Counted from the first letter of the stretch, positions 37,469-48,238 are shown. The stretch: 64,000 nt of DNA from Phenylobacterium sp. (GCF_018001015.1 NZ_JAGNIV010000015.1), one strand, 5' to 3'. The notes: generated from the letters alone by a model not told the origin. Translations and numbers: made by a program.

Positions 37469-37938
37469 GGCGTCATCCTCCGGCGGCTTCTTGTCTACAG
37501 ACAGGCGAGCACCGTCCGAGGACGTTCGCAAGTCTGACCTCGCGGAACCCCAGCTTCTCAAGGCTTAGCCCCGATCGCGCGCGCCAGATTGTCGCGGGAG
37601 CCATCAAGTCGCGGCTTTTATTGGGGAACCCCGCTCACAGCCAAGCCGGGCCAAGATTCTGGTAACCATTTCTTCAAGCCAAACACCGTACCCAATTCAG
37701 ACGTCTGATCGAACTGGCCTTGGCGCATCCGTAGCCGCCACAGATATCGATGCAGGTGAGCAGATAACGAGGGGGCTTGCGATGAACATTCAGAGTATAT
37801 CGAAGCATTCCTCGTTCCACGAAAGCATCACCACGCCACCCGCGAGTCTCTTCCGAATCGAAGAGTCGCGTTCGCCGAGTCGCCGACTCAAAGCCGACCC
37901 GAGGCCTCTCCTGGCTGCTCAGAACGTCGGGCGCCAGC

Positions 37939-39575
37939 ATGGCTGACACCAAGGCTATCGCCCTCGACCGCCGCCTCGACTTCATTGGCCTGGACGCCAA
38001 GGCCCGTGCGGCGCTGGTCGACGCCCGGCCCGTCGTCGAGCGCGCGCTGCCGGTGGCCATCGCCGCCTTCTATGAACAACTCGACCGCCACGACGAGACG
38101 CGCAGTGTGTTCGGGGGCCCCGAACACATGGCCAAGGCCCAGCAGCGGCAGATCGGCCGCTGGGGTGGCGTGCTCTCCGCCCGCTATGACGAGGCCTACC
38201 TCAAGGACGTCCGCGCCATCGGCGAGGCCCACGTCAATATCGGATTCCGACCCGAATGGGCCATCGGCGGCTATGCCCGCATTCTCGATGAGCTGGTGCG
38301 CGCCATCCTCGCGGCGCACTGGCCGAAGGGCTTCGGCGGCAAGTCTGCTGCGCGAGACAAGGCCGGCGACGCCATCGGCGCGGTCATCAAGGCCGCCCTG
38401 CTGGACATGGACCTGCTGCTCTCGGTCCAGAACGAAATCGTCGAGCATCAGCACCTGGAGGCCGCCGGCCTGCGTGGCGAGATCGATCTCGACCAGCGCA
38501 AGGCCATTCACGGCTTGGCCGGCGCCCTGCAGGCGCTCAACGAAGGCGACCTGCGTCACCGCATGAGCCAGAATTTTGTCGGCGAATACGCCAAGCTCGG
38601 CGCCGACTTCAACAAGGCCATCAGCCATCTGGAAGAGGTGATGGCAGCCATCGCGGGCAATGTCTCGGGCATCCATGCCGGGGCCGACGAGATCAGCACC
38701 GCTGCGGACGATCTCTCGCGCCGCACCGAACAGCAGGCCGCGACCTTGGAAGAGACCGCGGCGGCTCTCGACGAGATCACCGTCACCGTCCGCAAGACCG
38801 CCTCCGGGGCCAAGGCTTGCGCCGAGGTGGTGCTGGCCGCTCGCGGCGACGCTCAGACCAGTGGTGACGTCGTGCAGCAGGCGGTTTCGGCGATGAGCCA
38901 GATCGAGAGCTCCGCCCAGCAAATCAGCCAGATCATCGGGGTGATCGACGAGATCGCCTTCCAGACCAACCTGCTGGCCCTGAACGCGGGGGTCGAGGCC
39001 GCTCGCGCCGGCGAGGCGGGCCGCGGCTTCGCGGTGGTCGCCTCCGAAGTTCGGGCCCTGGCCCAGCGCTCGGCGGAAGCGGCCAAGGAAATCAAGGTGC
39101 TGATCAGCGCCTCGACCGCCCAGGTCAGCTCGGGCGTGCAGCTTGTGGGCCAGACCGGCGAGGCCCTGCAGCGCATCGTCAGTCGTGTCGCCGAGATTGA
39201 CGGCCTGGTGAGCGAGATCGCCGCCAGCGCCCAGGAGCAGTCCGTCGGACTGGCCCAGGTCAATACCGCGGTCAACCAGATGGACCAGGTCACCCAGCAG
39301 AACGCGGCCATGGTGGAGCAGTCCACCGCCGCCAGCCACAATCTGGCCCAGGAAGCCCAGGGCCTCGCCGGGTCGGTCGCCCTGTTCCAAGTCGGCGCGC
39401 AGCTCGCGCCGCCGCCGGCCGTGGCCCGCAACGCCACCACCGCTACGCCCGCCCGCCGTCCGCCGTCTTCGCCGCCCCTCATGGCGCGCCGCAGCTCCGC
39501 ACCTCGGCCCGCGACGGCGCCGCGCTCCGCAAACCCGCGCCACAGTCCGGCGCCGATGAATGGGAAGAATTCTGA
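37939..39575 (+). CDS. Globin-coupled (protoglobin-domain) methyl-accepting chemotaxis protein; 3' end apparently frameshifted
   Basis: N-terminal sensor globin LDFIGLD...VAIAAFYEQL...AIGEAHVNIGFRPEWAIGGYA. C-terminal MCP signalling domain IIGVIDEIAFQTNLLALNAGVEAARAGEAGRGFAVVASEVRALAQRS. The tracked ORF runs to 39636 inside cheX, whereas EWEEF-TGA at 39558-39575 is in another frame. Confidence 0.85.
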
Positions 39576-39883
39576 TGTCCACGGATACCGCAACGACCGC
39601 GGACCGGGCGACGGTCAGCCTGGCGCCGGTCCTTGACCTGCAGGCGGCCGAGCCGCTGCGGGCCGAGCTGATGGCTCTGCGTGGCCGTCCGCTGGACCTT
39701 GATGCGTCTCAGGTCACCCGCATGGGTGGCCTCTGCCTGCAGGTTTTGATGTCTGCGCGTAAAATCTGGTCCGAGGACGGAGTCTGCTTAACGGTGGATC
39801 AACCGTCTCTGGCGTTTTCAGAGCAATTGGCTGCGTTCGGTGGACCCGAGCTTCAATCCGAGCCGGAAGGGGAACTTTCGTGA
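39575..39883 (+). CDS. cheX: STAS-domain protein (CheX of the Caulobacter-type operon, by position)
   Basis: LDLQAAEPLRAELMALRGRPLDLDASQVTRMGGLCLQVLMSARKIW is anti-sigma-antagonist/STAS-like. Its position matches cheX in the C. crescentus operon order. Confidence 0.7.
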   Translation: MSTDTATTADRATVSLAPVLDLQAAEPLRAELMALRGRPLDLDASQVTRMGGLCLQVLMSARKIWSEDGVCLTVDQPSLAFSEQLAAFGGPELQSEPEGELS

Positions 39884-40251
39884 GCAAGACCGTACTGACC
39901 ATCGACGATAGCCGCACCATGCGGGAGATGCTGAACCATGCGCTGGTGGAGGCGGGCTACCGCGTCATCCAGGCCGTGGACGGCGTGGACGGCCTGGAGG
40001 TCCTCCAAGCCAACGCCGGCACGGTGGACGTCGTGATCACCGACATCAACATGCCCCGGCTTGACGGCTTTGGCGTGATCGAAGGTGTCCGCGCCAATCC
40101 CGAGCACCGCGCCACGCCGATCCTGGTGCTGACCACGGAAAGCGATGCGGCCAAGAAGGAGCGGGCCCGTTCGGCCGGCGCCACCGGCTGGATCGTGAAG
40201 CCGTTCAACCCGGTGAAGCTGGTCGACGCCGTTCGCCGCGTCGCCGCCTGA
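39880..40251 (+). CDS. cheY: Chemotaxis response regulator CheY
   Basis: VLTIDDSRTMREML...VDVVITDINMPRLDGF...GATGWIVKPF. GTGA overlap with cheX. Confidence 0.9.
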   Translation: MSKTVLTIDDSRTMREMLNHALVEAGYRVIQAVDGVDGLEVLQANAGTVDVVITDINMPRLDGFGVIEGVRANPEHRATPILVLTTESDAAKKERARSAGATGWIVKPFNPVKLVDAVRRVAA

Positions 40252-40280
40252 CCCTCTAGAAGCCGTTTCGGAGCGTTCCG

Positions 40281-42668
40281 TTGGATCCGTTCGAGAGCAT
40301 CAAACAGACGTTCTTCCAGGAGTGCGATGAACTCCTGACCGACGCCGAGCAGGGCCTGTTGGCCATGGAGTCGGGCGAGGCTGACGACGAGACGATCAAC
40401 GCCGTCTTCCGCGCCGTCCACTCGGTGAAGGGCGGCGCAGGGGCCTTCGGGCTGGAAGATCTGATCCGCTTCGCCCACGTCTTCGAAACGGTGATGGACG
40501 AGATCCGCTCCGGAAAGATGGAGCTGACCGACGAGGTCGCCAAGACCCTGCTGCGCGCCTTCGACGTCCTGGCCGACCATGTGGCCGCCGCCCGCGACGG
40601 CGGCAAGGTTGAAGAAGGCCGCTCTCAAGGCGCCTATAGCGAACTGCGCGGCCTGATCGGCGGCGAAGACGAAGAGGACGACCTGGGCGGCGGCGGCGAC
40701 GAGGACTTCGGTTTCGTCCCCCTCACCCTCAGCATCGAGGGCGAGGAAGCCCCCGGCGGCTTCATCGACCTGGACGCCCAGAACGCCGAGGCCGGCGTCG
40801 AGATTCCGGCCACGGACCAGGCGTCCCGGGACGAGCTCGCCTCCTGGACCGTGGAGTTCTCTCCGAAGTCGGAGATGTACGCCAAGGCCAACGAAGCCGG
40901 CCTGGTGCTGCGCGAACTGGCCCGCCTCGGCGAAACCCGCGTCACCCTGATCGACGACACCCTGCCGCCCCTGGACCAGCTCTCCGCCGAGCAGGCCTAT
41001 GTGAGCTGGCGCATCCAGCTGTTCACGGACTCCGACGAGGCCTCAATCCGCGAGGTCTTCGAATTCGTCGAGGACGACTGCAACCTGATCATTTCCCGCG
41101 ACAGGGCTGAGCCCTCGGTCGCCGAGCCCGCCGATGACGGCCTGAGCGACGACGACCGCGCCGCCGCCGCATCCGCCAACGCCGATCTCGACATCGCCGC
41201 ACTGCTGGCCCGCGTCGGCGGTGGTGACGCCGACGCCGAACCAGAAGCCACGCCTGAAAGCGTCGCCGAGCTTCCTCCCGCGGCCCCTCCTGAGGCCCCG
41301 GCGGAAGATGTCGCGGCTCTGATCGCCCGCGCTCAGAGTGTCGCGGCCCCGCCCGCCGCCAAGCCCGCCACGCCGGCCCCGACGCCGGCCCCTGTAGCCG
41401 CCGCGCCGGCCGCAGCCGCTGCGCCGGCGGCGGTTGCAAACGCCGCGCCTGCGGCCGCCGCAAGCGTCACGATCCGCGTCGACCTGGACCGGGTCGATCG
41501 CCTCATCAACGCTGTCGGCGAGTTGGTCATCCAGCAAGCCATGCTTTCGCAGCGGGTCCTGGAGAGCGGCCTGGCGCGGTCCTCCAACGTCGCCCTGGGT
41601 CTTGAGGACCTGGAACTGCTGACCCGGGAAATCCAGGACAGCGTCATGGCGATCCGCGCCCAGCCTGTGAAATCGGTGTTCCAACGAATGCCGCGCCTGG
41701 CCCGCGAAGTGGCCGACATGACCGGCAAGCGCGTCAAGCTGGTGATGGAAGGCGAAGGCACCGAGGTCGACAAGACCGTGATCGAGCGCCTGGCCGACCC
41801 GATCACCCACATGCTGCGCAACGCCATCGACCACGGGCTGGAAGATCCCGAGGGCCGCGCCGCCGCCGGCAAGCCCGCTGAGGGCCTGGTGCGCCTGCGC
41901 GCCCTGCACCGCGGTGGCCGCATCGTCATCGAACTGCAGGACGACGGCCGCGGCATCAACCGCCCCCGGGTCCGCGGAATCGCCGTCGAGCGCGGGCTGA
42001 TCACCGAGGACCAGGTGCTGTCGGACGAGGAGATCGACAACCTGATCTTCCTGCCCGGCTTCTCCACCGCCGAGGTGATCTCCGACATCTCCGGCCGGGG
42101 CGTCGGCATGGATGTGGTCCGCCGCTCCATCCAGGGCCTGGGCGGACGCATCTCCATCTCGTCTGAACCCGGCAAGGGTTCGAAGTTCACCATGTCCCTG
42201 CCGCTCACCCTGGCCGTCCTGGACGGCATGGTGGTGACGGCGGCGGAACAGACCCTGGTGGCCCCGCTCTCGGCCATCGTCGAAAGCCTGACGCCGCGCA
42301 CCGAGGACGTGCACTACATCGGTGGCAAGGACGCGGTGATCCGCATCCGCGACATCTTCGTGCCCCTGATCGACGTTGGCGTGGCCCTCGGCTTCCGCGA
42401 AACCGCCATCGACCCGGCCTCCGGCGTCGCGGTCCTGGTGGAGAGTGAAGGCGGCGGCAAGGCCGCCCTGCTGGTGGAAGCCATCCAGGGCCAGCGCCAG
42501 GTCGTCATCAAGAGCCTGGAAGCCAACTACCAACAGATCGACGGCGTGGCCGCCGCGACCATCCTGGGTGACGGCCGCGTCGCCCTGATCCTCGACGTCG
42601 ACGCCCTTGTGACCACGCAGCGCCGCAAGCCGGCGGCGCGTCCCAGTGAAAAGCGAATGGCCAGCTAA
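40281..42668 (+). CDS. cheA: Chemotaxis histidine kinase CheA
   Basis: Hpt [15 protein letters not shown]. Ala/Pro linker. Dimerisation/ATPase blocks [32 protein letters not shown]-terminal CheW-like domain. TTG start. Confidence 0.95.
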   Translation: MDPFESIKQTFFQECDELLTDAEQGLLAMESGEADDETINAVFRAVHSVKGGAGAFGLEDLIRFAHVFETVMDEIRSGKMELTDEVAKTLLRAFDVLADHVAAARDGGKVEEGRSQGAYSELRGLIGGEDEEDDLGGGGDEDFGFVPLTLSIEGEEAPGGFIDLDAQNAEAGVEIPATDQASRDELASWTVEFSPKSEMYAKANEAGLVLRELARLGETRVTLIDDTLPPLDQLSAEQAYVSWRIQLFTDSDEASIREVFEFVEDDCNLIISRDRAEPSVAEPADDGLSDDDRAAAASANADLDIAALLARVGGGDADAEPEATPESVAELPPAAPPEAPAEDVAALIARAQSVAAPPAAKPATPAPTPAPVAAAPAAAAAPAAVANAAPAAAASVTIRVDLDRVDRLINAVGELVIQQAMLSQRVLESGLARSSNVALGLEDLELLTREIQDSVMAIRAQPVKSVFQRMPRLAREVADMTGKRVKLVMEGEGTEVDKTVIERLADPITHMLRNAIDHGLEDPEGRAAAGKPAEGLVRLRALHRGGRIVIELQDDGRGINRPRVRGIAVERGLITEDQVLSDEEIDNLIFLPGFSTAEVISDISGRGVGMDVVRRSIQGLGGRISISSEPGKGSKFTMSLPLTLAVLDGMVVTAAEQTLVAPLSAIVESLTPRTEDVHYIGGKDAVIRIRDIFVPLIDVGVALGFRETAIDPASGVAVLVESEGGGKAALLVEAIQGQRQVVIKSLEANYQQIDGVAAATILGDGRVALILDVDALVTTQRRKPAARPSEKRMAS

Positions 42669-42670
42669 GT

Positions 42671-43138
42671 ATGACCGCGCCCCTCACCACCTCCACCAGC
42701 CCCTCGCGGGAGCTCATCGCCTTCCGGATCGGCGACCAGGAATTCTGTGTCGACATCATGCAGGTGCGGGAAATCCGCGGCTGGACCACCGCCACGCCCC
42801 TGCCCCGCACCCCTGCCTACATGAAGGGCGTCATCAACCTGCGTGGCGCCGTGCTGCCGATCGTCGACCTGGGCGCGCGCCTGGGCCTGACCACGGCTGA
42901 ACCCAGCGCCCGCCACGTGATCATGGTGGTCAACCAGGGCCACCGAACCCTCGGCCTGCTGGTGGAAGCCGTCAGCGACATCATCAATGTCACCGAGGAC
43001 ATGGTGCAGCCCACCCCCGACGTGGCCTGCGACCAGGTGAAGACCTTCGTGAAAGGCCTGTTCGCAATCGAAGGGCGCATGGTCAGCCTGATCTCTTTAG
43101 ACCGGGTCCTGCCGGAAATCGAAGCGGAGGCCGCATGA
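42671..43138 (+). CDS. cheW: Chemotaxis coupling protein CheW
   Basis: [23 protein letters not shown]...[22 protein letters not shown] is canonical CheW. Confidence 0.9.
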   Translation: MTAPLTTSTSPSRELIAFRIGDQEFCVDIMQVREIRGWTTATPLPRTPAYMKGVINLRGAVLPIVDLGARLGLTTAEPSARHVIMVVNQGHRTLGLLVEAVSDIINVTEDMVQPTPDVACDQVKTFVKGLFAIEGRMVSLISLDRVLPEIEAEAA

Positions 43139-44013
43139 GCAGTTTCCCCAGCAAGACCGGCAACCTCGTCGAGGGCGAGTTCCTCTTCACCAATGAGGAC
43201 TTCCGGCAGATCGCCCAGATCCTGCACTCCCACGCCGGCATCGCGCTGGCCGAGGGCAAGGCGGCCCTGGTCTATTCGCGCCTGGCCAAGCGCCTGCGTT
43301 CGCTCGGCCTGCGCTCTTTCCGCGAATACTGCGCCCTCGTGGAGGACGTCCGCGAGGTGGACGAACGCCAGGCCATGATGGCCGCGCTCACCACCAATGT
43401 GACCCGCTACTTCCGCGAGCCGCACCACTTCGACCACCTGCGCGACGTGGTCCTGCCGCCCTTGGTGGATCGCGCCCGCAAGGGCGGCAAGATCCGCCTC
43501 TGGTCGGCGGCCTGCTCCAACGGCCAGGAGCCCTATTCGATGGCCATCACGGTGCTCTCGGCCCTGCCGGAAGCCGCCAACCTGGATGTCAAGATTCTGG
43601 CCACCGACATCGACCCCAACATGGTCGCGGAGGGCCGGGCCGGGATCTATCGCGAGGACGCCGTCGCCCCGGTTCCGATGGAGCTGCGCCGCCGTTGGTT
43701 CAAGAAGCCCTCGACGGGCAGCCAGGACAGCCGATGGGAAGTGGCCGACGAGCTGCGCGCCTTAGTCGCCTTCCGGGAACTGAACCTGATCGGTGACTGG
43801 CCGATGAAGGGCAAGTTCGACGCCATCTTCTGCCGCAACGTCGTGATCTATTTCGACGAACCGACCCAGGAGCGCATCTGGAGCCGCTTTGCGCCCATGC
43901 TGAACCCCGGTGGCACGCTCTATATCGGACACTCCGAGCGGGTGACCGGCGCGGCCACCAACATCTTCGAGACCACGGGTCTCACCACCTATTCGCTGAG
44001 GAGCGGCCGATGA
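43135..44013 (+). CDS. cheR: Chemotaxis protein methyltransferase CheR
   Basis: [17 protein letters not shown]...[18 protein letters not shown]...[13 protein letters not shown]-MTase motifs. ATGA overlap with cheW. Confidence 0.9.
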   Translation: MSSFPSKTGNLVEGEFLFTNEDFRQIAQILHSHAGIALAEGKAALVYSRLAKRLRSLGLRSFREYCALVEDVREVDERQAMMAALTTNVTRYFREPHHFDHLRDVVLPPLVDRARKGGKIRLWSAACSNGQEPYSMAITVLSALPEAANLDVKILATDIDPNMVAEGRAGIYREDAVAPVPMELRRRWFKKPSTGSQDSRWEVADELRALVAFRELNLIGDWPMKGKFDAIFCRNVVIYFDEPTQERIWSRFAPMLNPGGTLYIGHSERVTGAATNIFETTGLTTYSLRSGR

Positions 44014-45059
44014 CAGTTGGAGTCCTCGTCGTCGATGACTCGGCGACTATGCGCGGCCTGATCGCAGCGGCCTTGAAGCGCGACCCGGACATTGAGGTCC
44101 TGGGCTTCGCCAATGACCCGCTGGAGGCCCGCGAGCAGATCAAGAAGCTCAATCCCGACGTGGTCACCCTCGACGTCGAGATGCCGCACATGAACGGCAT
44201 CGAGTTCCTGGAAAAGATCATGCGCCTGCGTCCGACGCCGGTGGTGATGGTCTCGACCCTGACCCAGAAGGGCGCGGAGATCACGATCGAGGCCCTGGAG
44301 CTTGGCGCGGTGGACTGCGTCGGCAAGCCGGTGCCCGGTGACGGCGTGAGTCCGCATGACGCCTTCGCCGACCTCGCGGAAAAGGTGAAGGCCGCGGCCC
44401 GTGCGCGGGTGCGGCCCTATACCGGTCCCGTCGCCCCGGTGGAGCGCGAGAAGAACTACGCCGCCAAGGGCGAACTGATCCTGGCGATCGGGTCATCCAC
44501 AGGCGGGGTCGAGGCTCTGATGACCATCCTGGCCAACTTCCCCGACACCTGCCCCCCAACGGTGATCACCCAGCACATGCCGGCGACCTTCACCAAGAGC
44601 TTCGCCGAGCGCCTGAACCGCATCGCCGGCGCCACGGTGGCCGAGGCCCATGACGGCGCGCGGCTGATGCCGGGCCATGTCTATGTCGCCCCCGGTGGGG
44701 CGGCCCACCTTGAGGTGGTCTCCTCCACCCATCCGGTCTGCCGCCTGCGGGAGTCCGAGCCCGTCAACGGTCACCGCCCCTCCGTGGACGTGTTGTTCGA
44801 TTCGGTGGCGAAGTTGAACCGGCCCTCCGTCGGCGTGATCCTGACCGGGATGGGCCGTGACGGCGCCGCAGGCTTGGCGGCCATGCGCAAGGCCGGCGCC
44901 CGTACCTTGGGTCAAGACGAGTCCAGTTGCGTCGTCTATGGCATGCCCAAGGCCGCCTTCGAGATCGGTGCGGTGGAAAAGCAGGTCGGCCTGTCGCGCA
45001 TGGGCCCGGCCATTCTCAATGTCTGCTCGGCCGCGGCCGAGTCTCAAAGGAGCGTGTGA
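44010..45059 (+). CDS. cheB: Protein-glutamate methylesterase/glutaminase CheB
   Basis: Receiver [14 protein letters not shown]...[13 protein letters not shown] plus esterase [11 protein letters not shown]...GHRPSVD...GMGRDGA. Confidence 0.9.
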   Translation: MTVGVLVVDDSATMRGLIAAALKRDPDIEVLGFANDPLEAREQIKKLNPDVVTLDVEMPHMNGIEFLEKIMRLRPTPVVMVSTLTQKGAEITIEALELGAVDCVGKPVPGDGVSPHDAFADLAEKVKAAARARVRPYTGPVAPVEREKNYAAKGELILAIGSSTGGVEALMTILANFPDTCPPTVITQHMPATFTKSFAERLNRIAGATVAEAHDGARLMPGHVYVAPGGAAHLEVVSSTHPVCRLRESEPVNGHRPSVDVLFDSVAKLNRPSVGVILTGMGRDGAAGLAAMRKAGARTLGQDESSCVVYGMPKAAFEIGAVEKQVGLSRMGPAILNVCSAAAESQRSV

Positions 45060-45448
45060 TGCCTGCCGCGTCCGCCCTGAAAACCCTGATCGTCGACGAC
45101 CAGCAGACGATGCGATCGCTGATCCGCACCAGCCTGCACGCGCTTGGGATCACCCAGACCCGCGAAGCCCCTGACGGCGAGGAGGCCCTGCGGGCCATGC
45201 TGAGCCTGCCGGTGAACCTGGTGATCACCGATTTCAACATGCCCAAGCTGGACGGTCTGGGTCTGTTGCGCGCCATCCGCGCCCACGGGCCTACCTCGAA
45301 GGTGGCCGTGATCATGCTGACCGGCCGGGCCGACCGCGAGCTGGTTCAGCGCGCGGTTCAATTCGGCGTCAACAATTATCTGGTCAAACCGTTTACGACG
45401 CAGACCTTGAAGGAAAAAATCGAAGCGGTGTTTGGGCCCCTTTCATGA
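45059..45448 (+). CDS. cheY: Chemotaxis response regulator CheY (second copy)
   Basis: LIVDDQQTMRSLI...LVITDFNMPKLDG...NNYLVKPF. TGATG junction with cheB. Confidence 0.9.
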   Translation: MPAASALKTLIVDDQQTMRSLIRTSLHALGITQTREAPDGEEALRAMLSLPVNLVITDFNMPKLDGLGLLRAIRAHGPTSKVAVIMLTGRADRELVQRAVQFGVNNYLVKPFTTQTLKEKIEAVFGPLS

Positions 45449-46002
45449 TCGTTGAGAACGTCTCGAACCGTCCCGGAAAACGGGTCCATGTCGTCCAGGG
45501 GGAGCATCACGTCTCCTCCGACCCGGACGTCATGCTGACGACGATTCTCGGCTCGTGCGTCGCCGTCTGCCTGCGCGACACCGCGGTTGGTTTCGGCGGC
45601 ATGAACCACTTCCTGCTGCCCGAGGGTAAGGCCGAGGGCCTGGACGAGGGGCGCCGGTATGGCGCCTTCGCCATGGAACTTCTGATCAACGAACTGCTCC
45701 GCAACGGCGGCCGCCGTGAGCGCATGGAAGCCAAGCTGTTCGGCGGGGCCCGAATGTTCGGCGGCCTCTCCGACGTTGGGGCCTCCAACGCCGCCTTCGC
45801 CGAGAAATTCCTGCGCGACGAGGGCATTCCGGTGGTGGGCGGCAGCCTGGGAGGCTTCGGCGCCCGGCGCGTCCAATACTGGCCGACCACCGGCCGCGCA
45901 CAACAACGCACCGTCACTGACACCAACGAAGTGGCGCGCCTGAAGACGCCGCCAAAGCCCGTTCCGGTGGTCGAGGACGATGGGGATCTGGAGCTGTTCT
46001 GA
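45445..46002 (+). CDS. cheD: Chemoreceptor glutamine deamidase CheD
   Basis: LTTILGSCVAVCLRD...GGMNHFLLP...AKLFGGARMF is canonical CheD. Confidence 0.9.
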   Translation: MIVENVSNRPGKRVHVVQGEHHVSSDPDVMLTTILGSCVAVCLRDTAVGFGGMNHFLLPEGKAEGLDEGRRYGAFAMELLINELLRNGGRRERMEAKLFGGARMFGGLSDVGASNAAFAEKFLRDEGIPVVGGSLGGFGARRVQYWPTTGRAQQRTVTDTNEVARLKTPPKPVPVVEDDGDLELF

Positions 46003-46367
46003 TGAGCCAATCCGCCGCCCAGACCCCTCGGGTCCTCGCTTCCCTGGCCGACGAGCTGGAACACGCCGGCGCGCTCTGCGATCGGCTGGAGATGCTGGTC
46101 ACCCAGCTTGTCCGCGCCAGCCGCGGCGAGACGCTGGAGATCGCCCTGCATGAGGCGCAGACCGTCGACGTGCTGACCCAGCATCTGGCGGCCCTGGCCA
46201 CCTTCACCCGCAGGCTTTCGACCCAGGCCCAGACCGCGGGCGCTTACGACCTGTCCGACGCGATCGCCGGCGTAACCCTGGGCGACCTCGCCTTGCGTCT
46301 GGCCCAGGTGACCCGGGAAGCCGAAGCTCTCTCCGCCGCTGAGTCCGGCGACCTAGACCTCTTCTAA
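46002..46367 (+). CDS. cheU: Hypothetical protein at the cheU position of the operon
   Basis: 121-aa ORF, ATG overlaps the cheD stop. Assignment rests only on synteny with the C. crescentus che operon. Confidence 0.5.
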   Translation: MSQSAAQTPRVLASLADELEHAGALCDRLEMLVTQLVRASRGETLEIALHEAQTVDVLTQHLAALATFTRRLSTQAQTAGAYDLSDAIAGVTLGDLALRLAQVTREAEALSAAESGDLDLF

Positions 46368-46394
46368 GATCTCAGAGCGAAACCCCCGAACGCC

Positions 46395-46991
46395 ATGGCC
46401 CTAGACCCCAACATTCGGATCAACCTCGATCGCTCGGTCGTGCTGCTCGTGGATGACAATCCACAGGCGCTCGAGGCCCTGAGCGCGATGGTCCGTGGGT
46501 TCGGGGTTCGCAAGCAGTTCAAGTGCGGGTCGGGCGCGGAGGCCATGCACTACGTGAAGAATCAGGAGCTCGACCTGATCATCACCGACGCCCAGATGCC
46601 CGACATGGACGGTTACGACTTCGTCCGCTGGCTGCGCCGCGACGCACCGCCGGACCTGATCTTCACCCCGGTCATCATGCTCACCGGGCATGCTCCGCGA
46701 AGCATGGTGGAGAAGAGCCGCGACTCCGGCGCCAACTTCATCCTCACGCGGCCGTTCACGCCCGAGATTCTGCTCCAGCGGATCTTCTGGGTCGCCCGGG
46801 ACGAACGCCAGATGGTCAAGGCCGCGAACTATGTCGGACCGGACCGTCGCTTCAAGAATCTCGGCCCGCCCCTTGGGATCAAGGGCCGTCGCAAGGACGA
46901 TCTGTCCACCCACGTCGGCGCCGCGACCGATCCCAACATGGATCAGAACGAAGTCGACATGCTTATGAAGCCTGCACGGGTGCAAATTTGA
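46395..46991 (+). CDS. CheY-like receiver with Arg-rich C-terminal extension (cheYIII position; Cle-like)
   Basis: Receiver VLLVDDNPQALEAL...DLIITDAQMPDMDG...FILTRPF followed by about 60 extra residues including YVGPDRRFKNLGPPLGIKGRRKDD. Confidence 0.85.
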   Translation: MALDPNIRINLDRSVVLLVDDNPQALEALSAMVRGFGVRKQFKCGSGAEAMHYVKNQELDLIITDAQMPDMDGYDFVRWLRRDAPPDLIFTPVIMLTGHAPRSMVEKSRDSGANFILTRPFTPEILLQRIFWVARDERQMVKAANYVGPDRRFKNLGPPLGIKGRRKDDLSTHVGAATDPNMDQNEVDMLMKPARVQI

Positions 46992-47440
46992 GCAAGACCG
47001 AGTTCATCAAGGTCCAGAACCGCCTGTCGCAGCAGCTGGCCAAGCCAGGCGGCATGACCGCCGACATCGCCACCCAGCGCGCACGCCGTGAACTGGCGGC
47101 CCAGGCCGGCGACGCCAAGAAGTCGCTGGGCGTCACCATTGGTCGCATGGAAACCATGTGCGCCGAGAAGACCGCCTCGGCCGACGACATCTATGTCGAG
47201 AGCGCCGTTGTTCTGGATATCGCCGGCATGTTCGACATGCGCACCCTGTGCGACGCCTCCTACAGCCTGTGCGAGCTGACCGACCGACTGCGGACCAAGG
47301 GCCGGCAGGACTGGAGTTCGATCGGCGTGCACGTCAACGCCTTGCGCCTGATCTGGAGCAAGGACGACAAGGACGCCGAGCAGCTGAAGTCGGTCGTCGA
47401 TGGGCTCTGGGCGATCACCGACCGGCTCGACGCCGGCTAA
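46988..47440 (+). CDS. cheE: Hypothetical protein at the cheE position of the operon
   Basis: In-frame TTG at 46988 overlaps the upstream TGA (TTGA). The product LSKTEFIKVQNRLSQQLAK... is helical. Assignment is by synteny only; the long tracked ORF from 46523 is an out-of-frame read-through of the previous gene. Confidence 0.5.
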   Translation: MSKTEFIKVQNRLSQQLAKPGGMTADIATQRARRELAAQAGDAKKSLGVTIGRMETMCAEKTASADDIYVESAVVLDIAGMFDMRTLCDASYSLCELTDRLRTKGRQDWSSIGVHVNALRLIWSKDDKDAEQLKSVVDGLWAITDRLDAG

Positions 47441-47468
47441 GGCGCCACCGGACCAGGCAAACCCGCTA

Positions 47469-47581
47469 GATCACGATGATTTTGGATTGAACCAATCCAA
47501 AACCACAAAACGTGATCGATTCTAAGTCGTTAGAGCGGGATTGACGCGAATAACCGGATCCACCTTTTCGCATCCCGCTCT
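47469..47581. repeat. Two strong inverted repeats immediately after the che operon (terminator / conserved intergenic element)
   Basis: GATCACG...TTTTGGATTG-AAC-CAATCCAAAA...CGTGATC (47469-47517) and AGAGCGGGAT-N30-ATCCCGCTCT (47532-47581), read directly. AT-richer than the surroundings. Confidence 0.6.
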
Positions 47582-47679
47582 AGACGCGCCCGCTTTGCCA
47601 ATATGGCGACCGCTTGACCGACCTTTGGGCGCGGCGCGGCATCGGCTATGGTGAGCGGCGGAGGACGAGGCGGACGCAG

Positions 47680-48144
47680 ATGGTCATCATTTCGCTCTTG
47701 CTGGCCCTTGCGGGGGCCGCGCCGCCCGAGGGGCAGCATGCGACGTTGCAGGCTTGCGAGATGACGCCCGGGGGTTGGGTCTGCCGCTACACGATCCCCG
47801 CCGTCACCCTGATGGGCGCCGCAAACGCGCCGCCGCCGACGGTCCCCCTGGCTCCCACCGCTCAGACATCGCCGCCCACGCCCGCTATGCCGAGCAACAC
47901 CGAAGCGGCCCGACAGGCCCGACTCATCGCCAACTGCGCCGATGCGGGCTGGATATCGCTCTGCCTGCCCAAGGATCGCCGGGAAGCACGCAGACTGAGG
48001 GACGCCGCGATCGCCAGCGCCGCCCTGCGGACCCAGGTCACCCACCTGCTGAGTGAGAACAGATGTCCCGAGGCGGTGAAGACCGCCCTTGTAGCCGGCG
48101 ACATGCCCCTTGCGCGAGAAGCGCGGGAATTCTGCGCACCCTAG
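47680..48144 (+). CDS. Hypothetical secreted protein
   Basis: MVIISLLLALAGAAPPEG signal-like N-terminus, six Cys in the mature region, Pro-rich middle. No domain recognised. Confidence 0.5.
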   Translation: MVIISLLLALAGAAPPEGQHATLQACEMTPGGWVCRYTIPAVTLMGAANAPPPTVPLAPTAQTSPPTPAMPSNTEAARQARLIANCADAGWISLCLPKDRREARRLRDAAIASAALRTQVTHLLSENRCPEAVKTALVAGDMPLAREAREFCAP

Positions 48145-48238
48145 ACATGACAATGGGCCGAGCTGACGCCCGGCCCATGTCGTTGCGATCTTTCCGCTAC
48201 GATTATCGGATCGAAAAATGCTCTAACTTTTTGAATGA

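Noticed and set aside
37662-37669. GTAACCAT upstream of the MCP gene, resembling the CtrA 8-mer TTAACCAT.
   Set aside because: Only a 7/8 match, about 270 bp from the start codon, with no second half-site. Too weak to call.
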